In this document: piece after piece, positions 56,551-64,000 of the stretch | How the letters are laid out: each line of letters begins with the position of its first letter | Numbering within the stretch: position 1 is the first letter of the stretch | Origin: Candidatus Saccharimonadia bacterium | GTDB taxonomy: Bacteria; Patescibacteriota; SICC01 | Assembly (NCBI GenBank): GCA_025449535.1 | Contig: JANWJF010000001.1 | Span: 421,136-485,135, forward strand | DNA: 64,000 nt | Reading direction: 5' to 3' | Notes under the pieces: generated by a model | Database searches by the model: none | What the model was told of the DNA's origin: nothing | What the model saw: only the letters and a program-made list of their open reading frames with translations | Position numbers and translations under genes: made by a program

Positions 56551-57399
56551 ATGGCATCGGAAGAAACAACGGGACGACGGCCGGAACGTCCGCGCGGCGA
56601 ACTGACTGAGGCCGAGCTGAACGAGCTTCTGGCTCGCGACATGACCGCCGAAGTCGCCGGCTTGGTAGAGCGATGGACCGCGGACGAGGTGAACGAAGCT
56701 CGCGAACGTACCCAACGGGTCGAGCTAGACTTAGATGACCGCCTTCCGTATCCCCGATGGGCGCCCGAAGTCTTTTTTCTGAGTGCCGAGAATGCGATGG
56801 CTCGGTGTCGCGCCTACGGCGTAGGTCACGGCGCCACCTTGGAGCAGCCGATGGTCCAGAGCCGGTATCAGCGCGCTCGTGAAACCGCCGTCGAGCTACT
56901 GGGCGTAATCACCGACCCCGAGAAAACCCATAGTCCAAGATGGAGCGATCGTTCCCGAGCGGAGGCGTTCCCTGCCGTGATGGCCGCGATTGAAGATCCG
57001 GAGCGCCGGAGCGCTGTGACTGCCCGCGCGTTCAACTTGGCCATGGAGACGGCCGTCCTTCAGGAGGCGTTAAGCGATCATAGTTCCCGCTGGGTAGAAG
57101 ACATGAAGGATTTTCATGAGAAGTTTTCGGAATGGAAGGAAAAGCTGGCCGCCGCGGTCGAATTGACGGCTGAGGATGAAGCGCTGGTCGACCAACGGCT
57201 GACGCTCCTGGCGATGGTTACCAAGGCTCGTTCCGTGGTCGGCGAGGTGGCTCCGGACCTGCAACGGTTGTTAGTGGAGAACCTGCCGCAACGAGGGTCG
57301 TACCCGGAAGGATTCCTGGAGAAGGTCAAGGATCTCCTGGCCGGACGGATGCAGCCCGTTGTCGACGCCGGGAACGAGCTGGAAGAAATGCGGGTGTAG
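56551..57399 (+). CDS. hypothetical protein
   Basis: Start at MASEETTG (GGGG before the ATG). The upstream ORF part overlaps tRNA-Ser and is not coding. Confidence 0.45.
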   Translation: MASEETTGRRPERPRGELTEAELNELLARDMTAEVAGLVERWTADEVNEARERTQRVELDLDDRLPYPRWAPEVFFLSAENAMARCRAYGVGHGATLEQPMVQSRYQRARETAVELLGVITDPEKTHSPRWSDRSRAEAFPAVMAAIEDPERRSAVTARAFNLAMETAVLQEALSDHSSRWVEDMKDFHEKFSEWKEKLAAAVELTAEDEALVDQRLTLLAMVTKARSVVGEVAPDLQRLLVENLPQRGSYPEGFLEKVKDLLAGRMQPVVDAGNELEEMRV

Positions 57400-57402
57400 C
57401 GC

Positions 57403-57873
57403 GTGTCCGCGAAGACCGTCGTGATCATCGCCTTTCTCCTGCTGGTGATCGGCGCGGGGACGTACGCGGCCGTTCGCGGCTCGGACGACGCGGCGGAACC
57501 GGCCGCTACCGCAACGACTGAAGCCTTGCCGGCTGCGCAGAAGCAGGCCCCGGCGCGGGTCGCCGGTACCTACGTCGATTACGAGGAAGGCGTCATCCAG
57601 AAGTCCGACGGCGAACGCGTGCTCTTCTTCCACGCGCCGTGGTGCCCGCAATGTCGTTCGATCGAAAAGGGCATCAAGGAGGACGGCGTGCCGGACGGCC
57701 TCACGGTGATCAAGGTCGACTACGATTCGAACCAGGAACTCCGCGAGCAGTACGGGGTCACGATCCAGACGACCTTCGTGAAGGTGGACGAGGACGGCAA
57801 GGCCATCGGCAAGCCGTTCGTGGCGTACGACGACCCGACGTTCGACTCCGTGAAGCGCAACTTCCTGGATTGA
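57403..57873 (+). CDS. membrane-anchored thioredoxin-family protein
   Basis: N-terminal TM; WCPQC active site. Confidence 0.7.
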   Translation: MSAKTVVIIAFLLLVIGAGTYAAVRGSDDAAEPAATATTEALPAAQKQAPARVAGTYVDYEEGVIQKSDGERVLFFHAPWCPQCRSIEKGIKEDGVPDGLTVIKVDYDSNQELREQYGVTIQTTFVKVDEDGKAIGKPFVAYDDPTFDSVKRNFLD

Positions 57874-57874
57874 G

Positions 57875-58615
57875 ATGGCGCTCTTGGTGCTGTCGTTCCT
57901 GGCTGGTGTCCTGACGGTCGCCGCGCCGTGCGTGCTGCCGCTGCTACCGGTGATCGTCGGCGGCTCGGTGGTCGACCCTTCCGGCCGGCGGAAGGATCCC
58001 GATTGGAGGCGGCCGTTGGTGATCGCGGCCAGCCTGGCCGTCTCGATCGTCCTCTTCACGTTGCTGCTCAAGGCGACGACGGGACTGCTCGGCGTGCCGC
58101 AGCAGGTCTGGAGCACGGTCTCCGGCACGATCGTCGTGCTCCTCGGCAGCTACTTTCTGTACCCGGAAGGCTGGGACCGGATCAGTACCCGCTTGAACCT
58201 CTCCGGCCGTACCGGACAAGCGCTCCGGGAGTCGCAGCGGCGCGGCGGCCTGCACGGCGAGGTCCTGCTCGGGGCGTCACTCGGACCAGTGTTCAACAGC
58301 TGCAGCCCGACCTACGCGCTGATCGTGGCGACGGTCCTGCCGGTGTCCTTCGCCGAAGGATTCGCGTACCTGGCTGCCTACGCGGTCGGATTGGCGGGGA
58401 CGCTGCTGCTGATCGCCTACGCCGGGCAAGGCCTGGTGAAGAAACTCGGCTGGGTGGCGGATCCGCGCGGCCGGTTCCGGAAGGTTATCGGCGTACTGTT
58501 CGTGCTCGTCGGGCTAGCGATCCTCTTCGGCCTGGACCGCGACCTGCAGACGTACATCCTCGAGCGGGGCTGGTACGATCCGATCGGCGAGTTCGAGCAG
58601 CGGCTGGGCATCTGA
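57875..58615 (+). CDS. ccdA: cytochrome c biogenesis protein CcdA / DsbD-family thiol:disulfide transporter
   Basis: Six TM helices with conserved Cys in TM1 (AAPCVLPLLP). Confidence 0.75.
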   Translation: MALLVLSFLAGVLTVAAPCVLPLLPVIVGGSVVDPSGRRKDPDWRRPLVIAASLAVSIVLFTLLLKATTGLLGVPQQVWSTVSGTIVVLLGSYFLYPEGWDRISTRLNLSGRTGQALRESQRRGGLHGEVLLGASLGPVFNSCSPTYALIVATVLPVSFAEGFAYLAAYAVGLAGTLLLIAYAGQGLVKKLGWVADPRGRFRKVIGVLFVLVGLAILFGLDRDLQTYILERGWYDPIGEFEQRLGI

Positions 58616-58632
58616 CCGGGTAGGATGTAGGC

Positions 58633-59217
58633 ATGACCCGCATCTCCGACGAAGCGGTCGAGAAGGCCACCGGCAAGCGGCCCAAACAATGGTTCGCGCT
58701 GATCGACAAGGCCGGCGGCGCGGAGTTGGCGCATAAGGAGATCGCCCGCTACCTCTACGACGAGCAAGGCGTGGCCGGCTGGTGGGCGCAGATGATCACC
58801 GTGGAATACGAGCGGTCCCGCGGCAAGCGCGAGGTCGGCGAGACGGCGGACGTCGGGTTCGAGGTCGGCGTGCACAAGACCGTCGAGATATCCAAGGCGG
58901 CGGCCTGGAAGGCGGTCACCTCGACGAACTGGATGTCGCGCTGGCTCTACGCCACGCCCAGGCTGGTCGAAGGCCGGCCGTTCAACAACGAGAAGGTCGC
59001 CGGCGAGGTCCGGGTGGTGCAGCCGGGCGAGAAGATCCGCCTGGCCTGGAAACCGACCGGTTGGGAGCGCAGCTCGACCGTACAGATCCTGGTCCAGACC
59101 GCGCCCAGCGGGAAGACGCGTCTGGCGTTCCATCACGAGAAGCTGGCGGATGCGAAGATGCGCGAGCGGATGCGGGCGCATTGGAAAGCGGCGGCCACGG
59201 AGGTGCCGGGTGGCTGA
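58633..59217 (+). CDS. DUF4287 / SRPBCC (AHSA1-like) domain protein
   Basis: N-terminal MTRISDEAVEKATGKRPKQWF pattern; C-terminal SRPBCC-like fold guess. Confidence 0.45.
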   Translation: MTRISDEAVEKATGKRPKQWFALIDKAGGAELAHKEIARYLYDEQGVAGWWAQMITVEYERSRGKREVGETADVGFEVGVHKTVEISKAAAWKAVTSTNWMSRWLYATPRLVEGRPFNNEKVAGEVRVVQPGEKIRLAWKPTGWERSSTVQILVQTAPSGKTRLAFHHEKLADAKMRERMRAHWKAAATEVPGG

Positions 59218-59917
59218 GGTCGCCCCGCTCGAAGGGACGAAGGTCCCGCTGCTCCGTCGCCGGTCCGTCGCGAAGGACACCGTCGAGCTGACGTTCGACC
59301 GCTCCGGAGGACCGTTCGCATTCACGGCCGGCCAGTACGTCACGCTGGTCGCCGATTCGGCACTGGGCATCGATCCGCCGTCCGACCTGCGCGACCTCTC
59401 CATATCCTCGGCTCCGGACGCGCCCGGCGAACTGAGCGTCGCGTACCGAGAATCGGACAGCCCGGTGAAGCGTTGGCTCCGCGGCCTGACGCCAGGCACG
59501 GACGTAAAGCTGCGCGGACCGCTCGGTCACTTCACGCTGCCGGACGACGGCGCGCCTGTGGCGATGGTTGCCGGTGGCATCGGGGTGGCCCCGTTCCGCT
59601 CGATGCTGTTGGATTCGGCTACTGACCGCCAAACCGGCCTGTTCTGCTGGAACGTCAGCACCGAGCGGGTCCCGTACGCGGACGAATTGTCGCGGTTGAC
59701 CGCCGGACGCCGCCGGGACCTCAGCCTGCATGAGGGCTTGTTCGAGCCAGGGCCGCTCGCGTCGTGGCGGAATGCCCACCCTGGTTCACATTGGTACATC
59801 TCCGGTCCGTCGGAAATGGTCTGGAACGTGCTGGCGGCGCTCGAGCAGCTGGGCGTGCCCAAAGACCGCGTCCGGACGGAGGAATTCACCGGGTACGAGG
59901 ACCGGCCGGAAGGATGA
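59210..59917 (+). CDS. FAD/NAD(P)-binding oxidoreductase (ferredoxin-NADP reductase-like)
   Basis: GQYVTL FAD-binding and GGIGVAPF NAD-binding motifs. GTG start with a GGAGG SD, overlapping the previous stop. Confidence 0.6.
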   Translation: MAEVAPLEGTKVPLLRRRSVAKDTVELTFDRSGGPFAFTAGQYVTLVADSALGIDPPSDLRDLSISSAPDAPGELSVAYRESDSPVKRWLRGLTPGTDVKLRGPLGHFTLPDDGAPVAMVAGGIGVAPFRSMLLDSATDRQTGLFCWNVSTERVPYADELSRLTAGRRRDLSLHEGLFEPGPLASWRNAHPGSHWYISGPSEMVWNVLAALEQLGVPKDRVRTEEFTGYEDRPEG

Positions 59918-60083
59918 TTGTCATTCCCGCGGAGGCGGGAATGGAGTGCTTGCGCCCGAGCGTTGCATCTTGATTGGATGACCCTCCGCTTTCGCGGAGG
60001 ATGACGGAAGTAAGGCAGACTGAGTAGGCAAAAATCCGTATACTGATGACAAATACCCAAATCCGCGGGTATTTTTATTTGTC

Positions 60084-60515
60084 ATGGCAACGAAGCAAAA
60101 AATCCATGCCCCACACGTCGATCGGCCTGGCCGTGTCGTCACGGAAACCGGTAGCTGGCCGGAGGCTACCGAGCATCGTGACCGTCTGCTCAGGCTAAAG
60201 GACTTTTATACGGACGAAGAGCTGGCGGGGATGCTCGGCTGCGAGGTCGAGAAAGTGGAGCGATGGCCCGGCGACTCACGAGGCAGGTCAGTCCATGACA
60301 ACTTGAATTTCTTGAACCACCTGGATGCGGCGGCGGCAGTGACTCGAGCCTTTGAGGGGCTACTGGATTCTGAGTGCACACGGGAGCTCGTGCTTCGGCC
60401 GCTGGAGCGACTCAATGGCCGATCATTGGCGGACATGGTCGGAGCACGAGATTGCTTCAAGGCCGGTGCGGAGGCGCAACGCATCGCCGAATCACTAAAA
60501 AGGAAACGATCGTGA
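60084..60515 (+). CDS. hypothetical protein co-transcribed with dnaG
   Basis: 143 aa. Stop overlaps the dnaG GTG start (GTGA). C-terminal region weakly resembles DUF2384-type domains. Confidence 0.4.
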   Translation: MATKQKIHAPHVDRPGRVVTETGSWPEATEHRDRLLRLKDFYTDEELAGMLGCEVEKVERWPGDSRGRSVHDNLNFLNHLDAAAAVTRAFEGLLDSECTRELVLRPLERLNGRSLADMVGARDCFKAGAEAQRIAESLKRKRS

Positions 60516-62267
60516 GCGATACCGAGGACATCAAGGCACGGCTCGACATCGCTCAGGTGATCGGCGAGACCGTCCAGCTGAAGAAGGCCGGACGGAACTT
60601 CAAGGGGCTCTGTCCGTTCCATAACGAGAAGACCCCGAGCTTCATGGTCAGTCCCGAGCGCGGGAGCTGGCACTGCTTCGGTTGCGACCAGGGCGGCGAC
60701 GTCTTCGACTTCGTGATGCAGCGCGAGCGAGTCGACTTCCCCGAGGCGCTCCGGATGCTGGCCCAGCGGGCCGGCGTGGAGCTGAAAGGATTCGACGCCA
60801 AGGCCGGCAAAGCCAAGCAGCGCCTGTTCGACGCCAACGAGGCCGCCGCGAAGTACTTCCAGGCGGCCCTGGCGCACAAGACCGGCAAGGTCGCCCGGGA
60901 CTACCTCAAGGAACGCGGCGTCTCCGCCGGCACCGCGGACACGTTCCGGGTGGGCTACGCGCCGGACGACTACGACGCGCTTGTGAACGCGCTCAAGAAG
61001 AAGGGGTTCTCCGACAAGGAGATCATCGACGCGGGCCTGGCCCTGGCGGGCAAGCGCGGCCCGTATGCGCGGTTCCGCGGACGCTTGATGATCCCGATCA
61101 CGGACGTGCAGGGCCTGACCCGCGGGTTCACCGGCCGGGTGCTCGCTGCCGACGGACAATCCGACGGGAGCCAAGACTCCCGCGTCCAGGCCAAGTACGT
61201 GAACACGCCGGAGACGCAGGTGTACCACAAGGGCAAGCTCGTATTCGCGCTCGACCTGGCCAAGGAGCCGATCATCAAGTCGGACGTGGCCGTGCTGGTC
61301 GAGGGACAGATGGACGTGATCTCGGCCCATCAGGCCGGGACCGAGAACGTGATCGCCGTCTCCGGGACCGCCCTAACCGAGGACCAGCTCCGGTTGGTCT
61401 CGCGGTACGCGGAAAGCCTGGTGCTGGCGCTGGACGCCGACGACGCCGGTCGGAAGGCGATGCTCCGGGCCGTCGAGCTGGTCGGTGACCGGGATCTTGA
61501 GCTGAAGGTCGCGGACCTGGGGGATGCCAAGGACCCGGACGAGCTCATCTCCAAGGATCCCACGGCCTGGAAACGGGCGATCGCCGACGCCCAGCCGGTG
61601 ATCGACTTCCTGATGAACGACGCGCTCGGCGAACACGAGGCGCCGTACGACCGGACCGCGATCCGGTCGGTGCTCGGCGCGGTCTTGCCCGCGCTCCGGC
61701 ACCGGTCCGGCGTGGACCAGGATTACTACGCCGACCAGCTGGCGAACGCCTTGGGTATCGAGACGACGTCCGTGAAGGAGCGGCTCAAGGGAGCGAAGGC
61801 CGTTTCCCCGGTCGGCCGCACGCCCGTCGAGGAAGTGGCGCAGGCCGCCGCCGAACGGAAGCAGGCCGAGGAACTGGTGGCCGAGCGGATGGTCGGTTTG
61901 GTCGCGAACACGCCCGCCCTCGGCGCGAAGCTGGAAGACATGAACCTCGCGATCTTCACCGGGGCCTACCGCCAGGCTGCGGAAGAGCTGGAAAGAAGGT
62001 ATACTAAGCGGACGAAAGGGAGTCCGTCGGACGAGGTCCGCGCACTCCTTGATGTGTGCGCCCTGGCGGCGGCCGAGTACGATCCGATGAACGAGGACGA
62101 ACGCGCCGCCGAATTCGACCGGCTGTATGTCCGGCTCAAGGCGCTCTGGGTCCGACGGTTCCAGCCCAAGCTGCGGGCCGCGATCAAGCGGGCCGAAGCG
62201 GCCGGCAAGACGGACCGGCGGGACGAACTGATGAAGGAATATCTCACCCTTACCAAGGAAATCGTGC

Positions 62268-62275
<8 letters not shown>
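60512..62275 (+). CDS. dnaG: DNA primase
   Basis: Zinc ribbon [11 protein letters not shown]...CFGC and TOPRIM domain. GTG start with an AAAGGAAA SD. Confidence 0.9.
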
Positions 62276-63638
<1,363 letters not shown>

Positions 63639-63746
63639 TCCTCGACGCGAGAGGTCAATTGAACCGTTGGCTTAACGGTGCTATAACTACCTGTTAACAA
63701 TCCGTCATTCAGTCCGCAATCACCGAACGAAGGAGGTTGATGCCGC

Positions 63747-64000
63747 ATGACGGCAACCACGGCTGCAAAGGAAGGCGAGCTCACAGGGAACGGTTCCCAG
63801 CTGGACCTTGTCCGGGCGATCCTCAATCCCCTTGAGACTTTCGAGGTGGATGTCCGAGGGCTAGAGCCCAAGCGGGTCGTTAAACTGAAGCTCAAGGTGC
63901 GAGGCGTCGTGCTGGTGGATGGAGGTTCGCAGCTAATCGGCGAGGATCTCAAAGGCACCGCGTATCTCATCTTCTGCAACGATTCGGAGAAACGCATCTG
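63747..64000 (+). CDS. hypothetical protein, N-terminal fragment (runs off the window end)
   Basis: GAAGGAGG SD 8 nt before the ATG; open to the window end. Confidence 0.35.
   Translation, partial: MTATTAAKEGELTGNGSQLDLVRAILNPLETFEVDVRGLEPKRVVKLKLKVRGVVLVDGGSQLIGEDLKGTAYLIFCNDSEKRI

Noticed and set aside
60084-60515. Calling the 143-aa ORF an Xre/MbcA-type antitoxin
   Set aside because: The C-terminal resemblance to DUF2384 is weak and no RES/MbcT-like toxin follows; dnaG follows instead. Left as a hypothetical protein.

Overview
High-GC (~65%) chromosomal window that spans the replication-origin neighbourhood: rpmH-rnpA-yidD-yidC-jag on the minus strand, divergent from dnaA-dnaN-recF-DUF721(DciA-like)-darA. 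On one side of the origin lies a ~17-kb cell-surface glycan assembly locus. It holds six GT1 and two GT2 glycosyltransferases, three Wzy/O-antigen-ligase-like proteins, a Wzx flippase, an RmlA-like nucleotidyltransferase, two SAM methyltransferases, and a GtrB-like / flippase-like / GT-C trio. On the other side, directly after darA, a ~15.5-kb minus-strand gene string encodes a monoderm-type type IV secretion-like apparatus. Its parts are a PrgI/VirB3-like protein, a VirB4 ATPase split into two ORFs, two giant paralogous VirB6-like proteins, two lytic transglycosylases (one fused to an M15 peptidase), several small membrane-anchored proteins, and four tandem genes carrying five VirB2-like pilin domains. 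No VirD4 coupling protein, relaxase, VirB11, integrase or transposase is present. I regard this origin-proximal T4SS as the most interesting system in the window; it may be a DNA-uptake or cell-cell contact machine rather than a conjugative element. Housekeeping genes follow: galU, rarA, hsp20, a CIRCE-regulated groES-groEL, a short pyruvate kinase, two tRNAs, a thioredoxin/CcdA pair, and dnaG-rpoD. A block of hypotheticals at 49.9-53.5 kb lies between groEL and pyk, and several hairpin or palindrome elements are noted. No rRNA, CRISPR array or recognisable mobile element was found. Many long ORFs in the supplied track are antisense shadow ORFs of the high-GC coding strand and were not annotated. 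Coordinates for genes come from codon arithmetic on the ORF track. Coordinates for short motifs were read by eye and may be off by a base or two.
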